A stretch of 64,000 nt of DNA, from contig CP089276.1 in assembly GCA_023920165.1 (NCBI GenBank), positions 2,170,001-2,234,000 on the forward strand. Direction: 5' to 3'. The translations under genes were made by a program, and so were the position numbers. Shown here in pieces: positions 33,696-45,965 of the stretch. The stretch comes from Curvularia clavata (Eukaryota). How positions within the stretch are numbered: the first letter of the stretch is position 1; each line of letters begins with the position of its first letter. The notes below the pieces were generated by a model, which was not told the origin of the DNA, ran no database searches, and saw nothing but the letters and a program-made list of their open reading frames with translations.

Positions 33696-36128
33696 TCACT
33701 GTGAGTGAGGCGAGTTGCCTGCCGTGTGTGGCCGGCTGTCATATTGTGAACCGTCATGGAAGCCATCGAAACTCTCGCCAGACGACATCTTTCTGAGATC
33801 ATCACCATCGACCATGTCAACATCTTCCTGCTCATACCGTCCTGGCCCGTTGGAGCTTTGTGGTGGCCCCATGTTCGAGAAGGATGAGTATTGTCGTGGA
33901 GGCGCTGGAGGCGGCACCCCAGCATTGCTAATCTGCTCAGCTAGACTCGGTTTTTCTGCCAGATTGCTGAGCATAGCACGGCTCGCATCCAGCATGGAGA
34001 CTGCATAACCAAGGAAATCGGCACGCTTGGAAGAGACGGATAGAGTCCAGCGGTATTCACACAACCTCAACTTGTAGAACTCGGCCTCTTCTTTGGCAGG
34101 CGCTGTAGCCCACAATAAAGACCCGAACGTGCCGATGAGTGTGAAGTTGACTCTAGAGGCAAAGTACCAGAACGCCTGCAGATGTTCCGGCTTAAGGCGG
34201 TTGACGAAATCCATGGCGGAAATCAGGCGAGTCTTTGCAGCGCTACGGCACATGAAGAGGCCATACGAGTCCGGGTTGGTCGAATCGAGAGACTGTACAA
34301 TACGCCGATGAAGAGTGATCTCTGTCGCAAAGTATGCGAGGTGCAGATAACCGGTCGATGTGAGCTTGCCTTTCTCGGGTGTGTTCATCTTGACTTCGGC
34401 AGGCAGCTTCTCGTGCCACTGACGAAGTTTGATCTGCACGGGTTTCGCACGTGCCAGAATGAGCTCAGTTGATTTTTTCCCAGCGTTGGCGAAATCTTGG
34501 ATGGCAGTTTGAGTGTAGAATGTGTCCATCACCTCCGCCATGATCTGAGTGAGGCCTATCATCTGGGCGAACAGTATCCGCCCTCGCTGGCTCTCCGCTT
34601 TCTCTTCTTCCGTCTCTTCTTGCCGTGTCTCATAGCCGTCCCCTTCCTCGACAAAGTCCTCTTCAGTAATGGGCTTAACCGCCCAGTTGGCGTTGAAAAT
34701 GTGTGATGGGCGACCATGGATCAATGAGCTCCATTTATCTTGCATGTACAGTGCACATGCAATGCGCTTCCTCAGGCCCCGCTCCCAAAGGGGAATTGAC
34801 CATGATGAACAATCAAGGTGAAGACCAAGCTCTTGACCCACCGCCACCAACTGTGTAGTAAGACTCCATGAATCTGCCTCTGGACGCTGAAGCAATAACA
34901 AACCTGCTTGAACAGTAGACAGTTTTGGTCGCTCCATAGCCAGTGCCAATGCCTTCATGGCAATTGCTTCTAACCGAGCTGCATCAGGCTTGGAATTGGT
35001 TGCGAGCTTGGGGTTGAAGGACCACCAGTTGAGGGCCAGAATGTACATACCAGCCAGAAGGGCCGGTGAGAAGCCTCTGTCGCCGCTGCGATACCGCTCA
35101 ACGAAGAGGTGCTTCTGGATGATGGGGTAGTTGGGGTGTACTACTTGGAAGTACAGGTCGAGCAAGGCAGGGCCATGTGGGTGCACGAGCTGCTCCACCT
35201 GGCTCAGTGCCTCGGACTCGCCAGCAAAGTCTTGCGTGTTCTCGTCAGGCAGCATAATGAAGCATTCATGATCGTTTACTCGTCGGAGTGTGCCAAGGTC
35301 GAAAGTAGATTCGTTGCGGGTGTCAAACTGAGAGAGACCTATGAGCAGAGAGTCGAAAGGCGAGCTCAGGCCAATGTATCTGCTGTGCTGGCGTCGTTGC
35401 AAGCCCAGTGTCTCTCCAAGTTGAGGTAGGTGCAGACTTGATACATGAGACAGCTGTGGCTGTGGTGGAGGGGGACTTGGCGCGGTTGCTGTGATGGTGG
35501 GGGTTGAGAGTGCTAGTGGTGGAGGGTCTGAGTCGACAGATCTGGTAGACGATATCAGTCATCCCGTCCAGCCATATGAAGCACAAGACGAAAAAGAGAA
35601 TCTGAGGGTAATGGATGCAACCAATAGGACGAGCGAAATGGAAGGGTACGGTAGCACGTGAGCACGTGACGGTTTCGTATATCGCGGACAGTAGCCATAC
35701 AAGAGGTGGTGGCCGCTCCTTCCGGAAGCGAAGCGTCGGACATTTTACTCATCAATGCAGGGCAGTGGAGGAGCCTAGACATACCTCTTTTTGGTGTTGT
35801 TGGGTGAATCCTTTTTCTCGCCGTCGACGACTTTCCGCTTTCGAGGCAGCGGGCTTTGTACAAAGGTACACTCCTGCTTGTGGAACTCGCACAAGACACA
35901 CAGGGCGGCGCCCTCATGTATGACACAGCGGCTTTTCCTCCTTCTGCAGGCGTCACAGGGGCGTTCCCTCCGTGATCGAATGTTGGAGACGGGACCGTTG
36001 TTTGACGTGGGCTTGGTCAGGTTGTCCTTGGCCGAGGGCGACTTGTGTACTGTGCGAGGGCGAGCTGGTGCTATGGAGACAACGGGGCGTGGGCCCATGG
36101 CCGGCTGCTGCATTGCTACTGCCGTCAT
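33696..36128 (-). CDS. tamA: Zn(II)2Cys6 transcription factor TamA/Dal81-like (nitrogen regulation co-activator)
   Basis: RSRRERPCDACRRRKSRC..CVLCEFHKQECTF cluster; LYFQVVHP, RPKLSTVQAGLLLLQ, QDKWSSLIHGRPSHI, LHLAYFATEITLHRRI, LKPEHLQAFWYFAS; intron 35542-35784. Confidence 0.85.
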
Positions 36129-38859
36129 GGCAGGCTAGCTGGCGTGGAAGGGGGCGATAAGGCTATGAGAGACTATGGGCCGTTGGCCAGGCTGCGGATC
36201 AGGAATGCAAGTATCTTGCTATCGGAAGCAGGGTATGTGACAGGTCTTATCGCGTGGGAGATAGGATGGTCACTTGGATATTAGGCTATGCCAAGAAGAG
36301 CAGATATAAATGGGAGAAGGTAGGGGGTCGGCAAAAGAGGAGGCTGATCAAGGGCCCAGGTTGCCGCTGACGGCTGTGAGGAGAATGAGGTGACTGATGG
36401 TTCGCGCCGTCATTGAAGGTCTACAGAGCATGTAGAGGCAACGGGGCGGCGGGCAGCGGGAGCGGCGGAAAAAAGCCTGGGGCGGAGGATGGCTGGAGAC
36501 CTAGGAGGACATGCGGGGTGTGGGCAGGTGCATAGTCTGAGTGGGCAATTGGGAATATTGGGGAAGATATTTTGTTGCCCGTCAAGAGAGCGCTGCCTCA
36601 GTCTTTTGTGGCCGACATGTGGTCGGGATGGGTTTCGAGATGCACAGCGCACGGATGCTCGTGGACGGTAGGCTCGAGGGGGACTAGCGCCGAGCCTGCC
36701 CTGTATCTTACGTACAGCCGAGAGATAAGGAAGGCAGCACTGGCCAATCGCCGCCGCCCGTGCCTTCCCCCACCTGAATAGTTTGATCTTTCCATTACTC
36801 CAGCTCCGCCTTATCTGCTGCCCTGCACTACTCACGCCCCCGTTTGCCTGTCTAGGCGAATATCTCTTATGTACTCGTTACCAGACTCCATATTTGGGGC
36901 ATTAGCACATGCACGTCACCCACGAACCCACCGGGCCACTACGACGACATCATCACCAAGCCCTCTCTCGCCTGTCACCACCAGCCGACCGTTTTGCGGA
37001 GGGCCCCTGCTGCAACGGCCCATGGGCAGACGTACCCCCGGCACCCTCCAAAGTCTGTTGTCTGTCTGTCTGCGCACTCAGTACCGACTATTACTTTACG
37101 TACACACATACAAGTACGGTGTAGGCATGCTGTGCCACCTTGGCCAAGCTCACTGCTCCCCCATGGTTGTGCCATGGACGCCCTTTGCACGTGTCGCCCG
37201 ACTGTCTTCTCCACAGCGCCCTAGTACTAGCAATGCTAGCTGCTAGGACCCTCGATTACCATATCTGCGCCGCTCCTGCCCTGGCTGCAAACCTCACCGC
37301 CCGCCCTTCAGGCAAGACGCCTTGCCCTCCGACCACCGGCAATGCGCAGAATCCGAACTTCTCCGCCCACTGCATCTACCGAGCGTCCATTCTTCCGGTG
37401 ATGTCATTCTCGCCTCTGTGCGACTCTGTAGCGCCGGTGCTGCTACCTAGTCGTGGTCAATTGCGACTCGCATGCCCTCCTAGACCCTCGGACGGCTGAA
37501 GAAAACACGGTCGAGATCTACAATTGTGTACGTAAAAGCACAGGCTTAGCCTTGCACTGCCAGCGACCTCAGACTTGGGTTGTTTGCTGCAAACCGACAG
37601 GTGGGACCCCAGTTGCACGCTCCCTTGCCAAATCCGGTCTCGCCAAAAGCCGTGTCCCAATTTCTCAACAACGGAACCTTGCCTCCTAGGTCGTTATCCC
37701 AAGTCAAAGGCCCGTAAGCCTCCTTGGCCTGTCGACCTCGCGCTCCAAGTCCGCGCCCCGTCACTGGTCGACTTCGAGGATGTCTACTTCCGTCCAACCG
37801 CGTCAAATTCTTGAAACCACAAGCTTCTTTGGTTTAGATTACGAGATCTTTAATCGCAGATCCGCATGTGACAACATAGGCGAGCGAAGGCTGCTTAGCC
37901 CAGCTAGGAAAGTCGGGCCGCTTTTCTCCGGAGTCAATACTCCCATCGTTTTATCCTCTGGAGCGCAGTTGTCGCGTTTGCCATTTGTCACCGACTGAAG
38001 AGCCATATGCAAGTCAGATCCTACACCGACTGCCCGCCACGTTCATGCCGTAATGTGCGTGCTGACTGGGTGGGATGACCGAGTCGTGAACACGTCTACA
38101 TATTGTGCCGTCATTCGGTATCACGGCCCGGCATATCAAAGGTAGTGCAACTATGACTACGAGTATTGTTATTTGGGATTCCTTGATGAGACAAGTCGCA
38201 ATCGAGCCGTATGAGTAGATTGTAGGTGTAGGTTTCTCTAGAGATTTCCTTTGCGTCTCATGCCATGTGGGGCGCGAAACTTTCCGACTGGCACTCGCAT
38301 GATTCTCACCGTTTAAAGTTCACCGGGCAACCGCGGTATATCGTTTGGCCGATGCTGACAAGGCAAGATATTCATGACAAAGATATCAATCAAGGTCCTA
38401 ACGTTTAGTGCTGGCAATGTATATGGTATTCGCATGGTATTTGACCTTGGCGCCATGTACAAATGCGTCTGATCTTGAATTACACATTTTGTCACCATGT
38501 GTCGTTAGCTTTCTTGTTGTCTTGCCTCTCATTCCCTGTCTTTCTCAGCATCAGTTTGTCCTCGTGATCACTGCGCCATTATTCTGTCCATCTTCTAGGC
38601 TCTACACTACAGCATAGCCTCTACTGTCCAATCCGTCTAGCGCCTTGGCGTTACCATCTGGATGGTAGTCGGTCTTGCTAGGCATATCAGAACAATCAAC
38701 TTTTGATATCTGCTACATGCGCCGAGCTCTGTTCGTATCCTAACAGGTGTATTATCAAGCATGAGTGGCTGGATACAGCTGTTACACGATGAAGAATCAT
38801 TCTCTACTGTCACGGCAAACTGTCCAACCGGATGTGGTTCCACGGTACTCCGGTCCTTA

Positions 38860-38892
38860 GTGGTGGTGGTGGTGGTGGTGGGGGGGGGGGGG
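38860..38892 (+). repeat. (GTG)n microsatellite running into a poly-G tract
   Basis: gtggtggtggtggtggtggtg followed by about 12 G. Confidence 0.8.
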
Positions 38893-39918
38893 CGTTCTCT
38901 ATGTATCCCTCAGACCAGAGTAAACGAAGCCAGCTACATGTTCAATCGTCCGGGTGTTTGGTAAGAATCAATCATGGTCTGGGTATCATACCAATTGAAC
39001 TCTTCGATAAGAAATGCATGTTACGCTGTCTACTAATGGCGAAATCTCTCCAGCATCTCAACCAATCTATCCACAGTCCTACACACTATTTCAGAATGTT
39101 AGAGTCATATTGGACCCTCTATCCATCAACACTCCAATCCACACTGTCCCTGCTGTGACCACCGAATCTATCCACGGTGCGCTTCCGAAATCTCATGCTT
39201 CTTTCTCGTATCATTAGCAGAGCAATAGCTTACAGATATATTGTTTTGGTCGTGCGGGCTTGTTCTAGCAATTTTTTGGTTTAAGATGGTTTGGTGCCGG
39301 GGAGGGTTGCTCTGTCTTATAGTCATGTATTGGACGAAGCTATTTCACTCCAACTCTGGTATGCAGAGCGACGGGCTTTGATTGACACATTACGATATAA
39401 TTTGGTGAGACGCTCCGAACTTAGCTGTACACCTCTCTTGGATTCGAGTGGCCGTTGAAGTTGGTAAATCATGCTGCTCATCCACCATCTCTCAGCAGGT
39501 CGGAAAGCCAGCTTCTCGACAGCACAAATAAACAATGATTTCTATTTGGACAGGAGCAATCGTAAATTCTTGCAATAGTCAGGACCCGGGTACCAGGCTC
39601 ATGGCGTTTTGCTTATTTCCCGGGTACTTTGCAAAGTCCCCTGCGATGATTCATTGTATGTACAAATCCGGGCTTCTCGTCGCCCTCGCCTAATGGAATG
39701 CTAGACGCGCGTTATCTGAGCCATATAGCGCGTCATATGTTCCGCCATGATCATATCGTCGTTATATTTTAGCGTTCTCTCGCTCTAACTCGACAAGGAA
39801 GCAACAAGGTATCACAAATACGGCTGTGTCGTGCGCCGTAGTAGTCTGCGCGGGTATTGCGCGCGCGTCGTGTTTGACGTGAGGAAGGCCGGAAGCCGCG
39901 CGGAGGCGTGCTCTTCGA

Positions 39919-40427
39919 TCAGTGCATCGGAGGCTGGTAGTTGATAGGTCGCCTATGTGCCATTAGTCCGAGCTTTGTGGTATTCACGCCGCAAAAACAA
40001 CATACTTGAAGAGCAAAATGTGTGGCTCCGGTTCGTGTACCTCATAGTGCTCCCATCCCAGACTCTGTTGTAGTGTCAGCAAGTCAGATGTATATCCGTC
40101 GGCGCACATACCTGGGTGATTCCCAGTGCCCTCCATTCTTCCTCCCACAATAACTTCAGTGTGCCTCGTGCGCCATCAAAGTAATCCTTGGGAATTGCCT
40201 TCAGCATCTGCTTGGGCAGCTGCACATGGCGATATTCGTATACGTCATCCGAGTACCTGTCCGCAGCGTCAGTACAAAATGCGCTGACCGCTCCTTGAGC
40301 AAACCACCGACCTTGCCGAGTAGTGAATCGCGTCGACAAACTCGTCCAACTTCTCCTTCTCGTGTTCGGAAAGCGGGCGCGGCTTCTTGTTGCGGCGCGT
40401 AAAGTCGATATCCAGATCGCCCGACAT
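39919..40427 (-). CDS. CKS1: Cyclin-dependent kinase regulatory subunit Cks1/Suc1
   Basis: [57 protein letters not shown]; introns 40257-40311, 40065-40111, 39953-40005. Confidence 0.97.
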
Positions 40428-41293
40428 GGTTGCAGTTAGGGACGCGAATGGCAGTGCTCGTGTGCTCGTGCAGAGTGCAGTGTTCAGTGGGGGTCGCAGG
40501 TGATGAAGCGAGTGGGGCAAACGGCAGCGCGGTTTGGCGTAAGGCTGTGATTACGTATGCGGAAAGGGGCGCGTCGACGCAGTGCCTGGTCCTCGATGGA
40601 GAGAGAATGGCTGTACGGCTGAACCAGAGGAAAAACAACTCAAGTCGTCCAGCCCAAACAGTCCTTGTTTACGAAGGCCATGGAAATTTGGTCGCCGCAG
40701 ACGGCCCAAGCTTCTGCGCTAGTGCTGACACAGCCTAGCCTAGCCGTTCCTCATGTTTTCTACTGTTCTCCCGCAACGTCTTTCACCCCTGTATCTGCAT
40801 CTCTGCTGATCAGTGTTCGGTTGCCAGTTTTACGAGTACCAGTCCTTGTCCGGACGTTAGCCTATTTATGCCGCTAAAGTATCTAGGCTGTCTTTCCTTT
40901 CTTTCATTCTACGATGTTTGTTTGTACCGCGGCCAGCGAAACAAGGTTGAAGCAACAACCCTCTGGGCCTCCTTTTGCTTTCCGTTTTATTTTTTTATTA
41001 CTACCCTCGAGCATGGTCTTCATGCTTCTAATCTGCAGGATCAATGGGATTGTGCTATGAAAGTGGTACTCTATGTGTCCAGCCAAAGTTTCCTTTGACG
41101 TGGACTGCATAGTCGTAGATTCTATGTAATAACTAAACAAATCACATACAAAGTAGCAACATATCTGTAGTCCAATAGCGTGCAATATCTTTACAGACAG
41201 CGATATCTGGCACCTCTCATACAATACACAAAGGCAAGAGAAGCTTGACGCAGCTGGTGCACCAACAGTGCAATTATTACCAACGTGCTCAAG

Positions 41294-41854
41294 TCAAAGA
41301 GGAATATCAGGCGACGTTTCAAGTTGGTGTTGCGTACAACTCATCGCGTGGTCCTTTCTCTTCTTAGCTCCAGGTGACCTGTCATCCGTTATGTCTCCGC
41401 CTCCACACTCCCATCTCAAGTGTTTCTTTGGTTTCACGACAGCGATCTGTCGCATCTCGGGCTTTTTCATCCCGAGATCTCCGTCCACCACATCGACTCC
41501 GTTATCGGTGACTCCCCGCTCTAGCCACTCGCTTGCCCTGTCGTTGCTGGAACTAGTCTTGATCTCGGGAAGAAGTTCAATCGATGGCGATGGTGGCACC
41601 GATGAGAAGCGCTGTAATAGATCCTCTCGCAACTCCTGTTGTGTCTGCTGCCGGGAAATTCCATGCGATAAATGAGACTCGCGACCGGATTCGAGATCCA
41701 GAAGTCCAGGCTCGAGGTCTTGTTGTGATTCCAGTTTCTTCTTGCATCGAGTAATGAGTCGGACAAAGAGGTAGATCATCAATGCTGTCAATATCGTTGA
41801 AGTTAAAACAATCAGAACCATGAAAAGACTGGAAGTAGTTCTCGACGCAACCAT
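41294..41854 (-). CDS. Hypothetical single-pass membrane protein
   Basis: One N-terminal hydrophobic helix followed by a basic stop-transfer segment and DLE(P/S)G motifs; a branch/acceptor-like sequence near 41862 suggests a possible upstream exon. Confidence 0.55.
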   Translation of the reverse strand: MVASRTTSSLFMVLIVLTSTILTALMIYLFVRLITRCKKKLESQQDLEPGLLDLESGRESHLSHGISRQQTQQELREDLLQRFSSVPPSPSIELLPEIKTSSSNDRASEWLERGVTDNGVDVVDGDLGMKKPEMRQIAVVKPKKHLRWECGGGDITDDRSPGAKKRKDHAMSCTQHQLETSPDIPL

Positions 41855-42277
41855 GATGCAACTAGACGCTGTCAGTTGCCGTCAAAATATGCAAACAGAC
41901 GGTATCAGAAATATGACTGGTGTCGCGAGGCCCTGGCAGAAAGTAAACCGCGGTATTTAAGCCTGTCGTGGGTGACATGTGCAACGTAAATGTGGTCGAG
42001 ACAAGCGGGTACATGATATTCATTGTCTGAATTCAATTGTGAACCTTACTACTTGAGGATCTGACCGAAGTGTCGAGTACGATCTAAGTGTAGGGCAGGG
42101 TCACACGCCTATAGGAACGATATATTGTTGTACGACAATGGCGGACTCGAGGGATATGACTGCCAAGTTTGAGATCCAAGTGTGGACATGAGAGAATTCT
42201 TCGTTGATCATCAGACAAGTCCAGTAAATGATAGACTATACCCTCTAATTCCAACCACTTGCTCGTATTGCGCCCTA

Positions 42278-42952
42278 CTACAATGCACCCACATAGTCGT
42301 AAACAAGTCTAACCCTGACAACCTCATCCTTGTCCTGCTTCCTGATCACAAACCTCCTCGTCAACTTTCTCTCCCCACCAACCTCCGCAAAGCCCCAAAT
42401 CTGCCACGCTGTCCACTTGTTCCCCTCGTTGACCGCGAACCCTTCGACGATTTCCCCTTCTTCTGTTTCCTTCAGCCACCCCTCAGTCACGTACTTAATG
42501 TCTTCGTCCGTTACACCCTCATTCTTCTCACCCTCCTGAAGCTTCTGAAGGGTTGAGTAGCGGGTGCGGCCTTTAACGGTCCCAAAGACCCAATCAGTGT
42601 GCTCGCGGTAATGCCAGTCCAAGGTGCGGTTCTCAACTGAGCCTTTGAGGCCACCGGTGAGAACCTGATCTATCTTGATGAGTGTGGTTGGCTCGTTGTC
42701 TTCCCCAGTTGTAGGCGTCTGTGAAAGGTGTTGAGTCAGGGTGGCTGCGCCTATAGCTTTTCGTGTAAGCCAGCCAACGCCCTGGAGGGCAAGGACCGGG
42801 TCAGCAGAATCAGAAACTGTCTTGTTCTGTGAAGCGTTGTCAGAGAGGGCTGTTGAAGTACAGCACGTCGGTCAATTTCCGGGGTTTATTGAGCTCACCA
42901 TGACCCATTTTCCCTGTAGATTCTTGATATCTACGTTCGCGGGTGCCGCCAT
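42278..42952 (-). CDS. Conserved fungal protein, lipocalin/FABP-like beta-barrel
   Basis: MAAPANVDIKNLQGKWVMNKTVSD, LALQGVGWLTRKAI, ENRTLDW, WTAWQIWGF; intron 42827-42898. Confidence 0.7.
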
Positions 42953-44899
42953 ATTGGTTCGTCGTAATTTTTTGCTGGCTATTCGAATTTCCAAAAGCGC
43001 AAAAAGCCGGTGTGTGGTGTTCAGAGCTATCAAGCTATGGAAGCGGTACCCAGGAAGACTCGTCATCTGAGGGGCGATCGTCTTCATTATATCACCACCA
43101 TCACCACCACCGCCTAGACAGCCGAAACTCCCAGAACAGTTATGCGTGCGAGCACCTGCCTTAGTCGACAATGACATGCTGTCACGTTCACCTCAAAAGC
43201 ACCTATCTACGCAAGCGTAGTACTCCTCCCTACCGAGGCTCGTCCGCTTTTGGATAGCACCCCCGCGGGGAACCCTGGATCGCCGACCCTTCAGTGGTCC
43301 ACCCCGGAATAGGTATACGAGCAGAAGCATTGGCAGATCACTATGGTGTTCCAACGAATGGCAGAAGATGGGCAACGGGATATGTCAACCGTGGCTTGGG
43401 CAGAGTAGGTACCACTGTGGTAGGCCAAGCGACACGAACCATGCATAAAGCCCCATGGCAATATATGACCGGTTCGAATACTCGGCGACATGTGATTAAC
43501 TTCTCCTTTGCTCTCCCAATTTCCGCTCCTCCGAGGCTTCAAGAGACTTTTGATCATTCAATGTTTAACCCCTTCTGCATGCTGCTACACAAGCTCCGAT
43601 TGCTCTAACTTTGGTCACACCCATGTCTCCTGAATCAGAGATACATATTGACGAGAAAATAGACAACGAAAGACAATTCTTACAGCAACTATGAGACACA
43701 CTATGCGAAGATGTTTTGGCTCGTTTCAAGGATGAATTCTGTTAGCATCTGCTTTTCGATCACAAACGCCAGGCCATTTCAACAGAGGGTTAGGAGAGCA
43801 TTGCGCTACTCATGACAAGGCTACTGTTCCTGGCATTTTTTGCAATTTCCCTCAGGAGGTGCATCATCTTTCAGGCACAAAGCGTTCTGGTTGGTTACAA
43901 CTTTCCGAAACCACCGTGCCGTTTCAACGGTCGCGGGTATGGTGTGGTTAGCGCAAACCTGTTGCGCCCACAATGAATTGCCGTGTCGTGAACGCGAGGA
44001 CAACAACAACACCAACGCGGGCTGGTTTCCCCTCTGACGCTAAGGCTGCGACGCGGAGTGTTTATGATTCACACAGACCTTGCTATACTTTCCAAGCGAG
44101 AAAGATAACACGTCCAGGGTACCCGCTTATGAGAGCGTTCTAGCTGTGGTTTTCATTTTCCTTTGCGCTCCACTCTCTGCAATCCCTCACTCTCTACATT
44201 TATGCGCGAACATTTGTGGACATAACTATCGCCTATCGTCCAATGCCAAGTGTCACTGCTGCACACTTCCGCCCCTAAACTGCAGACTTTGTCACCAAGC
44301 GTCTCGTCATTCGTTATTCATTGGCTGTCTATACGTCCTCATACTGTACCCTTACTGCGACCTACAACCTCACAGTGTTACACGTCTCGTGAGCGTGTAA
44401 TCTTGTGTATTCTAACCAGCTTTCCGCAATATCTTGGTGCTATACCTGCTCCAGAGAACCTCGCAAACCCAACTTTTCTTTCGCCCGACTGGAAAACTGG
44501 ACGCCTGGTATAGGGTGCGGAATAAGCAAGCGCCGTGGATATTCTCTCTATCCACAGTACCCATACTATCCACGAACGGAGAACTGCCTCTGAGCAGAGG
44601 TCCCAGAGCGATCAATTGTTCTGCACAGACCCGTGGTCTCGGTCGCTCTATCGGTCACCTGGTCGTTCTGGCTGCGTCGGCCGTTTGTTTGCCAAAACCC
44701 CAATTTCCGCCCAATACCACTCCCACTGCAGCTTAGTCACCGCTGTGTACATACTACTCGGTGGCTTATAATACGCCGTCCACTACCCTCCTTCTGTTGA
44801 TTTCCCACGCGACCCTGCAGGCAGCGCGGCAAGATCCGCTCTCTTTGAACAAAAACATCTAGTCTTTACACAACATCCAACACAGACAACGACACAGCC

Positions 44900-45178
44900 A
44901 TGAAGCTCACAGCACTCTTCCCCTTCGTCACCACGGTCATTGCATCCCAGGTCTACCACCTCCACGACAACTACGCCCGTGCGATGCTCATGGACCGTGG
45001 CATTGACCCTTCAACCATGGATCCCGCACTACTTTCGTTGCTCATGGTGCTCAAGACAGCCATGCCTTCTGGTACCAATGTTCCACTGCCAACGGGCACC
45101 TCTGAGCCGGACTGGTACAAGAACCTGCCTGACAACATCAAGAGCTCGTTGCACCAATACTACCCGGCGACGGCTACG

Positions 45179-45210
<32 letters not shown>

Positions 45211-45609
45211 TACCAGCCAAGTGACTTCGACTGCGGTTTCGAGTAGCAGCCAAGCAAGTGAGAGCGTGACACCTACATCTACACCTGCGATCACGTCCGC
45301 ACCTTCATTCAGCAGTACTTCAATGGTAAGTAAAAGACAAGCAATACCATAACTCATCTTACTAACCCTTTACAGTCTTCTGCTATCTTCTCCAACAGCT
45401 CCACAGCGACATCACCACCCCTCTCTTCTGTATCTGGCTTCACTTCTCCTTCCAGCAACCAGACCACTACTGTCGTCACGCCTCCGCTCACCTCTGCGCC
45501 GTCCTCAGCCCCGGTCTCCGCTGGCTTGAAGAACGCTGCGCATATGGGCTTGCTGACGACAGCAGTTGCCTGGCTCAGCGTTGGCGCAGGATTCTGTCTG
45601 CTTGCGTAG
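44900..45609 (+). CDS. Secreted Ser/Thr-rich, probably GPI-anchored cell-wall protein
   Basis: Signal peptide MKLTALFPFVTTVIAS, PDWYKNLPDNIKS motif, poly-Ser, hydrophobic C-terminus; intron 45326-45375; TATA-like at about 44765. Confidence 0.8.
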
Positions 45610-45965
45610 ACGAAGACGGAGGAAGAGGAATCCACTTGACTTCAAGGGTGTCGCTTCATTGATTACTCAATGGTCAGACATCCCATTCTTGCTTAGTATA
45701 TAATGTATTATCCACAGTTTGTGCGCGCGTAACGGTATTGATGTGAAACGGGGAGCATGAAGTTGACAGGCGGCGAGCGAGCGAGCGAGGAGGAAGGTCA
45801 ACGAGTCCGAGATATACCCCTTCTCTGAGATATACCCCCAGAAACGATTGCCATGAATTTGAGTTTTATAGTTTCCACATTTCTTGCGCTACTAGTGTCG
45901 TGATCCTTGCGAGGCCGCTCATGCTTCGCCTTGCCAGTGCCTTTTTACATTGGCATTATGTTTTG

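Noticed and set aside
35555..35755. Box C/D snoRNA in the tamA intron (TGATGA on the minus strand)
   Set aside because: Box D overlaps the branch point and I recognised no rRNA-complementary guide
39290..39312. tRNA-like 3' end (CCCTCCCCGGCACCA on the minus strand)
   Set aside because: No T-loop or cloverleaf upstream
43385..43490. tRNA suggested by GGTTCGAAT at 43471 and nearby hairpins
   Set aside because: The T stem does not pair, and there is no acceptor stem or D arm
44512..44630. Group of hairpins with ANANNA and ACA words upstream of the GPI gene
   Set aside because: Pocket geometry does not fit H/ACA rules (1-nt 3' strand); short stems are explicable by chance
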